The notes under the pieces are model-generated. The model made no database searches. It saw only the letters and a list, made by a program, of their open reading frames with translations, and was not told the DNA's origin. A program made the translations under genes and the position numbers. From NCBI GenBank assembly GCA_018062285.1, contig JAGOSO010000004.1, positions 3,491-67,490 of the forward strand: a stretch of 64,000 nt of DNA, in the 5' to 3' direction. This document shows, piece after piece, positions 35,291-44,740 of the stretch (positions within the stretch are counted from its first letter, which is position 1; each line of letters begins with the position of its first letter). This stretch comes from Minisyncoccota bacterium (GTDB lineage Bacteria; Patescibacteriota; Minisyncoccia; 2-02-FULL-40-12; GWA2-44-9).

Positions 35291-35319
35291 TTGACATTTT
35301 GCATATTTGATTGTATCCT
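35291..35319 (+). promoter_or_regulatory. Promoter TTGACA-17-TATCCT (paralog of 34760-34788)
   Basis: Sequence duplication. Confidence 0.5.
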
Positions 35320-35367
35320 ATAGGGCATTAGGTAGAGTAGGAAGTTCTTAAACAAAGGAGTGCTAGT

Positions 35368-35907
35368 GTGAGAGAAAAAGACAACACTGTCGAGATGAAC
35401 ATTGCTTTGGTCATCAAGGAAATTGCCAAAGCTTTCACGACTGACCTGCCCATGGATCTTCGCAGGAGATACACAGAGGATTTTGAGCGATTTCTGCTCA
35501 TCCTTTCAGGCAAGATGTCGACCAGAGCAACGGATGAGATCATCCAGCTTTGCTCGGGCATTCCATCTGAGATGTTGGAGTGTAAATATCGTCAACTGAA
35601 CGAGCATTTGTCGCATGCCCTGCTTACTCGTCTTTCGGAGATGGCGGCAAGGCCACGCGACGAAGAACTTGGTCCTGAGATTAGGTATGATGAGCTTGCT
35701 CCGGGGAGCTTGTTCGATGTTGTGGCAGGAAAGGTTAGGGAACTTTACTATCTGGCGAAGCCCTTTGAGGCGGAAGGACGTTTCTTGCGTTTTGCCGATA
35801 ATTCCATTCATTCGTTAGGTCTGGAAGGAAGTTCCCACAAAGGGCTGCCCGTCGTATTTGAGTCTCACAGTATCGTCCGCAAGGTCATTCGGAGGAGCCA
35901 TGGCTAG
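35368..35907 (+). CDS. Hypothetical protein (GC-rich); GTG start with RBS AAAGGAG
   Basis: 179-aa ORF. Confidence 0.5.
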   Translation: MREKDNTVEMNIALVIKEIAKAFTTDLPMDLRRRYTEDFERFLLILSGKMSTRATDEIIQLCSGIPSEMLECKYRQLNEHLSHALLTRLSEMAARPRDEELGPEIRYDELAPGSLFDVVAGKVRELYYLAKPFEAEGRFLRFADNSIHSLGLEGSSHKGLPVVFESHSIVRKVIRRSHG

Positions 35908-36175
35908 GAGGGGCAAGGTGAAGAAGAAAAAGCCCAAGAAACGTGGGGCGGAGAAGGCCTCGGAAAATGTTTCCTTCAATCGCCTTGAACCCAGAGATAT
36001 TTTCAAGGTGATCAAGGACAAGGCTCCAGTCGAGCGCAAAGAGGCAAAGGGGATATTTTTCCGTTTGGAAAAGCGTTCCTTGCAGGCCATGGGCCTTGGT
36101 GGAAGTTCTCATGAAGACGAAGTCATTTCATTCGATCCCATGTTCACTATCGTTCGCAAGATTGGTTCGTTGTGA
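35900..36175 (+). CDS. Small basic hypothetical protein with a lysine-rich N-terminus; overlaps the upstream stop codon (ATGGCTAG)
   Basis: Translational coupling overlap. Confidence 0.4.
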   Translation: MARRGKVKKKKPKKRGAEKASENVSFNRLEPRDIFKVIKDKAPVERKEAKGIFFRLEKRSLQAMGLGGSSHEDEVISFDPMFTIVRKIGSL

Positions 36176-36188
36176 AAGGGGTTGATTG

Positions 36189-36704
36189 ATGATCCTGCTT
36201 TCTCCCTCTCGCCAGATCAATGTTTCCCTCATCAAAGCAGTTGATATGGGCCACATTTTTCTTGAAAATTCTGAAAAGCGTCACAGGTTGCCAATTAACA
36301 TCGCGCACATCTCGGATGATTTTCGGACCGTCTTCCAAGACAAGGCCGAACCTCAAGCCAAGAACGTCGTTGTTCACTTCACAACCCTCGTTTCAGATAA
36401 GCCATTGAAGGACCCTGGGATAGTAGAGATTTGTGGTGAAGATGCTCTTTGCCCCGTTTCTTTCGGGCAGTACTTCCAAGTCCTGGTTGAGGTCGAGCGA
36501 GAGCTCACCTTGGGTCACTATCGACCATCGGCTATTCTGTCTTTCGTGGTTGGCTACATCTACGACACGCGAGGGAAGCTGTGGACCGTTGGCTCATGTC
36601 TCAGCCACACAGGGGATGGTTGGCTCATCGGTGTCTATCCGTTCGGATTAATCAGTTGGCCTTCCGGCTACCAGTTCGCAGTCTCACATTTCAGAAAATT
36701 ATAA
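36189..36704 (+). CDS. Hypothetical protein (GC-rich)
   Basis: RBS AAAGGGG; 171 aa. Confidence 0.5.
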   Translation: MILLSPSRQINVSLIKAVDMGHIFLENSEKRHRLPINIAHISDDFRTVFQDKAEPQAKNVVVHFTTLVSDKPLKDPGIVEICGEDALCPVSFGQYFQVLVEVERELTLGHYRPSAILSFVVGYIYDTRGKLWTVGSCLSHTGDGWLIGVYPFGLISWPSGYQFAVSHFRKL

Positions 36705-36720
36705 AAAAGGTAGGTGCCCG

Positions 36721-36933
36721 GTGAGAAATTTGTGCCGAAGAAATGGGATCGCTGTTTCCGTTGACGAGGAAAGTGGTGAGGTTTTTATCACCAACCTGAT
36801 TAACCCGAGCGTCACAGTTCAGGTCCGCCATTTGGCTGATACACCTCAGGGTCCCGGCCTCACAGTGTCGACACCCCACAAGATGACAATGGGCGAAGAT
36901 GAAGGCGAGCCCGCTGTTATCATTAAGCGCTAG
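36721..36933 (+). CDS. Small hypothetical protein (GC-rich); GTG start
   Basis: RBS AAGGTAGG. Confidence 0.4.
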   Translation: MRNLCRRNGIAVSVDEESGEVFITNLINPSVTVQVRHLADTPQGPGLTVSTPHKMTMGEDEGEPAVIIKR

Positions 36934-36957
36934 TATTTCAAAGATAAATTGGATTTA

Positions 36958-36993
36958 AGGCCGGTTCCACGCGTTGGAACCGGCCCTTTTTAT
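36958..36993 (+). terminator. Intrinsic terminator GGCCGGTTCCA-cgcg-TTGGAACCGGCC-CTTTTTATTT
   Basis: 11-bp stem plus T-tract. Confidence 0.7.
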
Positions 36994-37004
36994 TTATCCA
37001 CAAA

Positions 37005-37031
37005 TTAGCACTCTTGACACTAGAGTGCTAA
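37005..37031 (+). promoter_or_regulatory. CIRCE operator (TTAGCACTC-N9-GAGTGCTAA) overlapping a TTGACA-17-TATCAT promoter of hrcA
   Basis: Perfect match to the CIRCE consensus. Confidence 0.9.
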
Positions 37032-37049
37032 TTTAATATCATACCCAAT

Positions 37050-37817
37050 ATGAGTATTAGCAAACGACAAAACACAGTGCTAGACTTCATAATTCGTGAA
37101 TATGTGAAGTCGGCCAAGCCCATTCCTTCGGCTTTGGTTTGTAAGAAATCAAAGCTCAAGGTCAGCCCAGCGACGATTAGAAACGAAATGAATGACTTGG
37201 AAGAAAATGGGTACCTAGAACAAAAACACACTTCTGGCGGGCGGGTCCCAACTGATAAAGCCTATAGATACTATGTAAATCAGCTTCTCAGTCACCCGGC
37301 GCTCCTAGAGGTTAAGACAGAAAACAAAAATGATATTTCCAGAGCACTTTCAAAAGCAGGAACAGATAGCCGAGCAATCAATAAAGCAATTGCCAGAGTA
37401 TTGTCAGAACAGTCTGGTAACTTGGTAATCACTGGTATCGCTTCTGAGGCAGAGTTTTTCAAGCAAGGGTTAGTTAGCTTATTCAAACATCCAGAATTTC
37501 AAGAAGTTGATAGCTTGTTCCAGTTAACTAGTTTCTTTGAAGGGTTTGATCTGATGTTCCAGCTAATCGAAAGAGAATTTATGAGAATCTTGGGGGCACC
37601 ATCAGGTATCCCAATTCAAATCTTGATTGGCCACGAAAATCCGTTCAAGCAAATCAAAGGAGAAACGATAATGTGTACGAAATATCTTTTGCCAGGGGAC
37701 GTGATTGGGTCATTAACCCTAATCGGTCCAAAAAGAATGGATTATGAAAAGAATTTAGCCCTGATAAAGTTCACAACCGATCAATTAAAAAAAATAAATA
37801 ATAATAACCAACAATAA
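37050..37817 (+). CDS. hrcA: Heat-inducible transcription repressor HrcA
   Basis: N-terminal winged helix LSPATIRNEMNDLEENGYLEQKHTSGGRVPTDKAYRYYV. Confidence 0.85.
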   Translation: MSISKRQNTVLDFIIREYVKSAKPIPSALVCKKSKLKVSPATIRNEMNDLEENGYLEQKHTSGGRVPTDKAYRYYVNQLLSHPALLEVKTENKNDISRALSKAGTDSRAINKAIARVLSEQSGNLVITGIASEAEFFKQGLVSLFKHPEFQEVDSLFQLTSFFEGFDLMFQLIEREFMRILGAPSGIPIQILIGHENPFKQIKGETIMCTKYLLPGDVIGSLTLIGPKRMDYEKNLALIKFTTDQLKKINNNNQQ

Positions 37818-37821
37818 AAAT

Positions 37822-38274
37822 ATGAGCGACGAACCACAAAAACCAACAGCAGAAGAAGTAGTCGAAGAAGTAACTGTCCCAACTGATAAAACTGAAGAGT
37901 ACTTAAACAATTGGAAACGAGAACGAGCTGACTTCCTTAATTACAAGAAAGACGAAGCTCGCCGAATCGAAGAATTTGCTCGATTCGCCCATGAAGATGT
38001 CATCTTAGAAGCTATGGAAATTGTCGATGATTTGGAGCTCGCAGTTCAAGAATACAAAGATATTGGCCTTGAGCAAATTATTAAGAAGTTTAAAGACTTA
38101 TTTAGGAAATACAGTGTCGACGAGATAGAAGTTAACGGTAAGGACTTTAACCCAGAACTTCATGAAGCTGTTGAAACTGAAGCCGGAGGAGAAAAGATTA
38201 TTCAAGTTCGTGCCGGTTACATGATGCATGGCAAAGTAATCCGCCCTGCAAGAGTAAAAATTATTAAAAAATAA
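37822..38274 (+). CDS. grpE: Nucleotide exchange factor GrpE
   Basis: GrpE coiled-coil plus beta domain; lies between hrcA and dnaK. Confidence 0.85.
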   Translation: MSDEPQKPTAEEVVEEVTVPTDKTEEYLNNWKRERADFLNYKKDEARRIEEFARFAHEDVILEAMEIVDDLELAVQEYKDIGLEQIIKKFKDLFRKYSVDEIEVNGKDFNPELHEAVETEAGGEKIIQVRAGYMMHGKVIRPARVKIIKK

Positions 38275-38335
38275 ATACCCAGAAAGAATATTGCATCATC
38301 GGGTGATATAATATTTTTTCTTGTAACATAAACAT

Positions 38336-40234
38336 ATGGCTAAAATATTAGGAATCGATTTAGGAACAACAAATTCAGCGATGGCCGTTGTTGAAGCAGG
38401 CCAACCAAGAATCTTAGAAAACAAAGAAGGTGTTCGCACTACGCCATCAATCGTGGCTGTCGGTAAGAACGGTGAACGCTATGTTGGTGTGACTGCAAAA
38501 CGCCAAGCTGTCACCAACCCTCAGAATACAATCTATTCAGTTAAGCGCTTAATTGGTCGCCGATTTAGTGATGCCGAAGTTCAAAAGGACAGAAAGCTAT
38601 TGCCTTACGAAATTCGTGAAGGTCAGCATGGTGATGTTGAAGTTAAAATCGGAAATGACTGGAAGAAGCCAGCTGAAGTCTCGGCAATGATCCTCGCTAA
38701 GCTAAAAGCTGATGCCGAAGACAAGTTGGGAGAGAAGATCACCGAAGCTATCATTACCGTTCCAGCTTATTTCGATGATGCTCAGCGCAAAGCTACTAAA
38801 GACGCTGGTGAAATCGCCGGTCTCTCAGTAAAGCGTGTCATCAACGAGCCAACCGCAGCAGCACTCGCCTACGGTTTCAACAAAAAGAAAGACGAAAAGA
38901 TCGTTGTCTATGACTTTGGTGGTGGAACTTTCGACGTTTCTGTTCTTGAGGTATCCGAAGATACCATCGAAGTTAAGAGTACTGGTGGCGATACTCACTT
39001 GGGTGGCGATGATATCGACCAGAAGATCATTCAGTATTTCATCGATGAATTCAAAAAGGAAAGTGGCATGGATGTTTCCAAAGACCAGCTTGTTGTTCAG
39101 CGCTTAAAAGACGCTGCTGAAAAAGCCAAGCATGAATTATCAAGCACTTTGAGTACTGAGGTTAACATTCCATTCTTAACCGCTGATTCATCTGGTCCAA
39201 AGCACTTCAACATTAATTTCAGTCGCGCCAAGTTAGAAGAACTAACCCACGATTTAATTGAACGTTCCATCAAAATCACTAAGCAGGTTGTTGAAGATGC
39301 TGGTCTTAAGATTTCTGACATTAACGAGGTTGTTATGGTTGGTGGTCAGACCCGCATGCCTTTGATTGTCGAAGAAGTTAAGAAACTATTTGGCAAAGAA
39401 CCTCATAAGGATATTAACCCTGACGAAGTTGTGGCTCTTGGTGCAGCAGTTCAAGGCGGTATCATGCAAGGCGATATTCGCGATGTCTTGTTACTCGACG
39501 TTACCCCATTATCTCTCGGTATCGAAACCATGGGCGGCGTCTTCACTAAGATGATCGAAAAGAACACCACCATCCCAGCTGCTAAGACTCAGGTCTATTC
39601 AACGGCTGCTGATAGTCAGCCATCTGTTGAGATTCACATCTTGCAAGGTGAGCGCGCTATGGCTGGTGACAATAAGACTCTTGGGAGATTCATTCTTGAT
39701 GGTATTCCACCAGCTCCTCGTGGTGTTCCACAAATCGAAGTTACTTTCGACATAGATGCCAACGGTATCTTGAATGTTAAAGCTAAAGACAAAGCTACCA
39801 ACAAAGAACAATCCATTCGCATCGAAGGTTCATCTGGTTTGTCTGAAGATGAAAAGAAACGCATGACCGCTGACGCAGAAAAGTTTGCTGCCGAAGATGC
39901 TAAGAAAAAAGAATTAGCCGAGGCTCGCAACATGGGTGAAACTTTAGCCTATTCAACTGAAAAGATGATCAAAGACAACGATGCCAAACTTAAAGATGAT
40001 GACAAGAAAGAATTGAATGAAAAGATTGAGAAGGTTCGTGCTACTATTAAGTTAGAAGAAGTTGCTGAAATTAAATCAGCCACCGAAGAACTTTCTAAGT
40101 CTGCTCAGCGTGTTGGCGGTGAATTGTATAAACAACAAACCCCTCCAGCCGGCGAAGCGCCAAAAGCCGAAGAAACACCTGCCCCGGACAGCTCGTCGGG
40201 GTCAAAAGAAGAACCTCCAGTCAAAGAATCCTAA
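38336..40234 (+). CDS. dnaK: Chaperone DnaK (Hsp70)
   Basis: GIDLGTTNS and DFGGGTFD motifs; C-terminal lid. Confidence 0.95.
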   Translation: MAKILGIDLGTTNSAMAVVEAGQPRILENKEGVRTTPSIVAVGKNGERYVGVTAKRQAVTNPQNTIYSVKRLIGRRFSDAEVQKDRKLLPYEIREGQHGDVEVKIGNDWKKPAEVSAMILAKLKADAEDKLGEKITEAIITVPAYFDDAQRKATKDAGEIAGLSVKRVINEPTAAALAYGFNKKKDEKIVVYDFGGGTFDVSVLEVSEDTIEVKSTGGDTHLGGDDIDQKIIQYFIDEFKKESGMDVSKDQLVVQRLKDAAEKAKHELSSTLSTEVNIPFLTADSSGPKHFNINFSRAKLEELTHDLIERSIKITKQVVEDAGLKISDINEVVMVGGQTRMPLIVEEVKKLFGKEPHKDINPDEVVALGAAVQGGIMQGDIRDVLLLDVTPLSLGIETMGGVFTKMIEKNTTIPAAKTQVYSTAADSQPSVEIHILQGERAMAGDNKTLGRFILDGIPPAPRGVPQIEVTFDIDANGILNVKAKDKATNKEQSIRIEGSSGLSEDEKKRMTADAEKFAAEDAKKKELAEARNMGETLAYSTEKMIKDNDAKLKDDDKKELNEKIEKVRATIKLEEVAEIKSATEELSKSAQRVGGELYKQQTPPAGEAPKAEETPAPDSSSGSKEEPPVKES

Positions 40235-40250
40235 TCGCTCGGATTGGAAC

Positions 40251-40337
40251 CCCCGGCTCGACCGTCTGTCGAATGTCCTGCGAGCATTCACAGTTGGCTG
40301 AGGGGTCTGCGCGACTTCTCGCTGCGGGTTCCAATCC
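40251..40337. other. GC-rich hairpin (12-bp stem GGATTGGAACCC / GGGTTCCAATCC, loop about 63 nt) after dnaK
   Basis: Inverted repeat. Confidence 0.35.
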
Positions 40338-40353
40338 TCGCTCGCGCCCTTAA

Positions 40354-40680
40354 ATGAAAAGCCTCAAATTTAAACCACATTTAATTGAAAAGATTCTTGA
40401 TGGTAGCAAGACTACCACTTGGCGTCTTTTTGATGATAAGAATCTGGAGACAGGGGATGAGTTTGAGATTATAAATTCAGACACCAAGGAAGTTGTTGGG
40501 ACAGGAGCAATTAAATACGTTACTATTAAGATGTTGAAAGATTTAGATTCTGCGGATCTGGATGGTCATGAAAAATATGAGAATAAAGAAGTGATGCTTG
40601 AAAATCTAAGGCAGTATTATGGTGATAAGGTTAATCTTGAGACAATCGTAAAAATTATAAAGTTCGAGCTGCTTAAATAA
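40354..40680 (+). CDS. ASCH-domain-like small protein
   Basis: About 108 aa; the beta-barrel-like pattern KILDGSKTTTWRLFDD...IKYVTIK is typical of ASCH/PUA-like domains. Confidence 0.45.
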   Translation: MKSLKFKPHLIEKILDGSKTTTWRLFDDKNLETGDEFEIINSDTKEVVGTGAIKYVTIKMLKDLDSADLDGHEKYENKEVMLENLRQYYGDKVNLETIVKIIKFELLK

Positions 40681-41154
40681 ATGGTTATTCGCGAGTATCA
40701 AAATGAAGACAGAGAAAGTGTCGTCCAGTGCATTCTTGAATTACAGAATTTGGAGGTAAGTCACCGCCCTAATTATTGGGCGAATCCTGAGTCTATAAAG
40801 GATGAGTATTTGGACCATCTGCTTTCTCAAATAAAAGAGCAAGGCGGGAAGTTGTTTGTTGCAGAAGTTGACCAGAAAGTCGTTGGATTTGTTGTTGTTA
40901 GAATAGATACGGAAGAAAGTCCATGCGTAGATAAAAAGAAAGTTGCCTATATTCCAGATTTGTCTGTAATGGGAGATTATCGCAACAAAGGTATTGGTGC
41001 TGAGTTGCTCAAAAAGGCTGAGGGCTTTGCTGTGGGGGAAGGATTTTCAGATATATATCTAGATGTAAGTGTTGGCAATCAGGCAATAAGTTTATACAAG
41101 AGAAGTGGTTATAGTGAGCAGAGTATAAAAATGGGTAAAAAATTGGGAAATTAA
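40681..41154 (+). CDS. GNAT family N-acetyltransferase
   Basis: YRNKGIGAELLKKAE...ISLYKRSGY. Confidence 0.75.
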   Translation: MVIREYQNEDRESVVQCILELQNLEVSHRPNYWANPESIKDEYLDHLLSQIKEQGGKLFVAEVDQKVVGFVVVRIDTEESPCVDKKKVAYIPDLSVMGDYRNKGIGAELLKKAEGFAVGEGFSDIYLDVSVGNQAISLYKRSGYSEQSIKMGKKLGN

Positions 41155-41161
41155 AAAGCCG

Positions 41162-41950
41162 ATGAATAAAAACTATAAACTTGTTACTTGGCATGCATTG
41201 GTGGCGGTGTTGAGTTTGTGGATGTGGAGTTATGGCCGGTCAGTGTCTTTTAACGGGATAACTGGATTAAATTTTAATTTTCCGGCCGGGTTGGCCTTTG
41301 TTTTGGAAATAAGCACTATTGCGCTTGGATACATATTATTCCCAATCCGAAGATGGGCGTTATCAATTGCCCTGATCGTGGGGGTAACTTTTATGGCATT
41401 CTTCGGATTTACTTGGCTGAACTTGTTGGCTGTTATTGGATTCGGAATCTTTAATCTGTACTCGGCCAATAACGTCAAAGGAGAGATGACAAATCGAACC
41501 AAGCTGAATATCAGAGTATCATTGATGTCGGGTTTGTATGCGATTATAATAGGATTCTTTTTGATGATATCGTTTGCGGCGTATCAGAGTCAGATTGCAA
41601 AAGATATTGAAAAAACAGAACGCTTGCCGTCACAGATTCAAACGTTTTTCCAACAGGTTTCAAGTCAGATGTACGGTTCAAAAATACCAGGAACGCCAAA
41701 ACAAAAACAGGCCATATTTCAGCAAATCGCCAGCGAGGCTTATCTCGGGATAAATAGTTTCTTTAAACCGTATTTTAAATATGCCCCACCGATTCTGTCA
41801 TTTGCCTTGTTCTTGATTCTTCTGGGGCTTAGTTGGGTGTTTGCTTGGATTGCAATGGGGGTTGGGCTGCTGATGTTTTGGGTATTAAAAAAGACACGAG
41901 TTGTTCGTGTGGAGGAGAGAGATGTTCGGTCGGAGATATTGGTTCTTTAG
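41162..41950 (+). CDS. Hypothetical polytopic membrane protein
   Basis: At least 6 TM helices. Confidence 0.5.
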   Translation: MNKNYKLVTWHALVAVLSLWMWSYGRSVSFNGITGLNFNFPAGLAFVLEISTIALGYILFPIRRWALSIALIVGVTFMAFFGFTWLNLLAVIGFGIFNLYSANNVKGEMTNRTKLNIRVSLMSGLYAIIIGFFLMISFAAYQSQIAKDIEKTERLPSQIQTFFQQVSSQMYGSKIPGTPKQKQAIFQQIASEAYLGINSFFKPYFKYAPPILSFALFLILLGLSWVFAWIAMGVGLLMFWVLKKTRVVRVEERDVRSEILVL

Positions 41951-42499
41951 AAAAAAAAGAGGCTCCCACACGAGCCGCGAGGAGCCATCAAACAAGGAGC
42001 AAATTGTCTTATAAAGAACTTTGACGAGGCGAGCCAGCTAATAGATTGCTGACCCGCCTCGTTCCGGCCGACGGCTTACCCAACGCCATATCGGGAGGCA
42101 CATGGATTTCCCGACATGGACTTTTCCCATACAGCATTTTCTTGAGGTAAGAACCCTACTCGCAAGCGATTCTATCTTCACTCAGTACTTGGCTGCCCAT
42201 GTATCAGTGACGGACGGTGGCCACGCCTAGGGCTAATGCCTTGACTGCCTTCAACCCGCGAAGCGTCACTAGATCTTGCAAAAACCAGTCGGATAATGAA
42301 GCTGAATCACTATACCGACATTAGGCCAAACTTCAGCCTATCGAGCCACGGACCAGTCTTATCTTGTTGCGGTCCGGTCAGCAAATTAATCGTACCATAT
42401 AAAAGGAGCTTTGTTCTTCAAGTATAGCATATTGCCAAGAAAAGTCAATCGGGGCATAATAAGTAGCGTAAAATATAGGTTTTTGTTATAATATCTACA

Positions 42500-43306
42500 A
42501 TGTCTAAAGATTACTATTCAATATTAGGAATACCGCGAACCGCCTCAGCCGAGGAGGTTAAAAAGGCGTATCGCAAGTTAGCCCACGAGCATCATCCTGA
42601 TAAAAAGACAGGTGATGAGGCTAAGTTCAAAGAAGTAAACGAGGCCTATCAGGTTCTCTCTGATCCACAGAAGCGTTCAAACTACGACACGCTTGGTTAC
42701 GCCTATAACGATGGTGGTTTTGGTGGCGGCCAACAGGGTGGTTATAATTTTAACCAAGAAGATATTTGGAATATGTTTAACCAAGGCCGTGGCGAACGTC
42801 GTGGTAACTCAGAAGATATTTTTGAAATGTTTTCTGAAATGTTTGGCGGTGCTCGTCAGCCTCAACATGACCAAGAAAGAAAAGGCGAAGATTTATTTAT
42901 AGAAGTTACTGTCAGTAAAAAAGATTTGGGTACTACTCGTACCATGGAATACGACATCCAAGATGCTTGCGAAGAGTGTAAGGGCGAAGGTGTCGCTAAG
43001 GGTTATAAAATAGTTACTTGTCAGACTTGTAAGGGTGCTGGCCAAGTTCGTCAGCAGGCCCGAAGCATGTTCGGTAATTTCTCAACCATTACCGCTTGCC
43101 CAACTTGCCGTGGCCGTGGTCGCATGCCAGAAAAAGAATGTACTGTTTGCAAAGGTGGCGGTCGCACCAAAGCTCGTCGAACCCTCGAGGTTCGTTTACC
43201 TGCCAGTCTTCCACATTCCTACAACATTGTCGTCCCTCAAGGCGGTAACGCTGGCAAAGGCGGCCAACCACCCGGGGACCTCGTGGTTAACCTAAAAATT
43301 AGGTAA
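42500..43306 (+). CDS. dnaJ: Chaperone DnaJ (short form)
   Basis: J domain with HPD ([10 protein letters not shown]); G/F-rich linker; four CxxCxG zinc-finger repeats. Confidence 0.9.
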   Translation: MSKDYYSILGIPRTASAEEVKKAYRKLAHEHHPDKKTGDEAKFKEVNEAYQVLSDPQKRSNYDTLGYAYNDGGFGGGQQGGYNFNQEDIWNMFNQGRGERRGNSEDIFEMFSEMFGGARQPQHDQERKGEDLFIEVTVSKKDLGTTRTMEYDIQDACEECKGEGVAKGYKIVTCQTCKGAGQVRQQARSMFGNFSTITACPTCRGRGRMPEKECTVCKGGGRTKARRTLEVRLPASLPHSYNIVVPQGGNAGKGGQPPGDLVVNLKIR

Positions 43307-43340
43307 CATAAAAACAGGGCCTAGGCCCTGTTTTTATGTT
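43305..43340. terminator. Perfect 36-nt palindrome AACATAAAAACAGGGCC-TA-GGCCCTGTTTTTATGTT (bidirectional terminator)
   Basis: 17-bp perfect stem. Confidence 0.7.
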
Positions 43341-43353
43341 ACAATTATTAGAC

Positions 43354-43992
43354 ATGGATATTGTCCTAAATTTCTTTAAGGGTTTACATTTCCCATTTTT
43401 GAATGAGGTGGCTAAGTCGGCGACTCAGGCAGCAGGACAAGCGGCTATAAAAACGGCGACAGAAAAGGTGGGTGAAGCTACGCCAGCATTAAGCACATTA
43501 AATCCATCTTCTTTGAGCCCGGCAATGTTATTCGCTATTTTTGTAATTGTTGGGGTTTTATTGTTGGCGTTGACCCTTGGTAGAACCAGAACTCTTATTT
43601 CTGTTCTTTCGATTTATGTGGCTTTCGCTTTGCAGGCGATGTTCCCTTATTTTGGTTGGTTGTTAAAACATCAATCACTAACATCCGACCTGCAAACCTT
43701 GAGAGTGTTCGTGTTTATTTTGCTTTACGCAATTGTGTTTGGGTTGTTAAATAGATCGATTCTGAAATCACGTTTCCATTTGGGGGAGTCATCTTTTGTG
43801 GCAGTTGTTTTGATGGGGATAGTTCAGCTAGGTTTTATTGTTTCCATAATCTTAAACCTCGCCCCAAGTTTCTATGATATTGCCAGCAGAATACCAAAAA
43901 CAATATTGCCAATCTTCGGTAATCAGCACGCTCTATTCTACTGGGCTTTGATACCAATCTTTCTTCTTGTTTTCCAAAAGCATTACGATTAA
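43354..43992 (+). CDS. Hypothetical membrane protein (start moved to 43354 so it does not begin inside the palindrome)
   Basis: About 5 TM helices. Confidence 0.5.
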   Translation: MDIVLNFFKGLHFPFLNEVAKSATQAAGQAAIKTATEKVGEATPALSTLNPSSLSPAMLFAIFVIVGVLLLALTLGRTRTLISVLSIYVAFALQAMFPYFGWLLKHQSLTSDLQTLRVFVFILLYAIVFGLLNRSILKSRFHLGESSFVAVVLMGIVQLGFIVSIILNLAPSFYDIASRIPKTILPIFGNQHALFYWALIPIFLLVFQKHYD

Positions 43993-44027
43993 AAATAGCC
44001 CCTCTCGGGGCTATTTTTAATTTGGAA

Positions 44028-44603
44028 TTACTTTCCTTTTTCGACACGTTCGACATAGTCGCCGGTCTGAGTGTTGATCATAATGATGTCGCCAGAATCG
44101 ATGAATAAAGGAGCATTAACAGATGCGCCAGTTTCAATAGTGACTTGCTTAACACCACCTTGGGCGGTATCACCACGGATGGCAGGAGGGGCTTCAGTAA
44201 CTTTGAATTCCATCTTGATAGGCAATTCGATACTGATGATCTCGCCTTCAAAAGAGATAGCGTCAATCATGGTGTTGGCCTTTAAGAATTTAGCTCCATC
44301 ACCAATGATTTCAGATTTTAATTCAAACCGTTTGGCTGGATCTTTTTCGTAAGAGAACCAATATTGATCACGATGGGCATATAGGAATTTAACAACTTGA
44401 CGCTCAACATCGGCTGGTTCAAAAATATCTGATTGGGCAAAATTGCGCTCTAGATTCTTGCCGTTAATTAGATTGCGCATATTAACCTGAACTGTTGGCC
44501 GGCGTTGCTGCATCTTTAGGTGATGCGTCGAAAGGACAATATAAGGTGCACCTTCGTAGATGAAATATGTCTTTGGTTTCAGGTCGTTGACGGGGATTGC
44601 CAT
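44028..44603 (-). CDS. efp: Elongation factor P
   Basis: Three-domain EF-P; 191 aa; K34-loop region. Confidence 0.85.
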   Translation of the reverse strand: MAIPVNDLKPKTYFIYEGAPYIVLSTHHLKMQQRRPTVQVNMRNLINGKNLERNFAQSDIFEPADVERQVVKFLYAHRDQYWFSYEKDPAKRFELKSEIIGDGAKFLKANTMIDAISFEGEIISIELPIKMEFKVTEAPPAIRGDTAQGGVKQVTIETGASVNAPLFIDSGDIIMINTQTGDYVERVEKGK

Positions 44604-44740
44604 AGGATAGTAGTTAGTTATTAGAACTTAGACATTTTACTCTAAAACAGTTTTTCATACAAGCCTGCCTGCCGGCAGGCTTGTATGAAAAAACGGGCGA
44701 GACCATTTGGCCTCGCCCGTCGTGTGTGTTTCTGCAAGCT

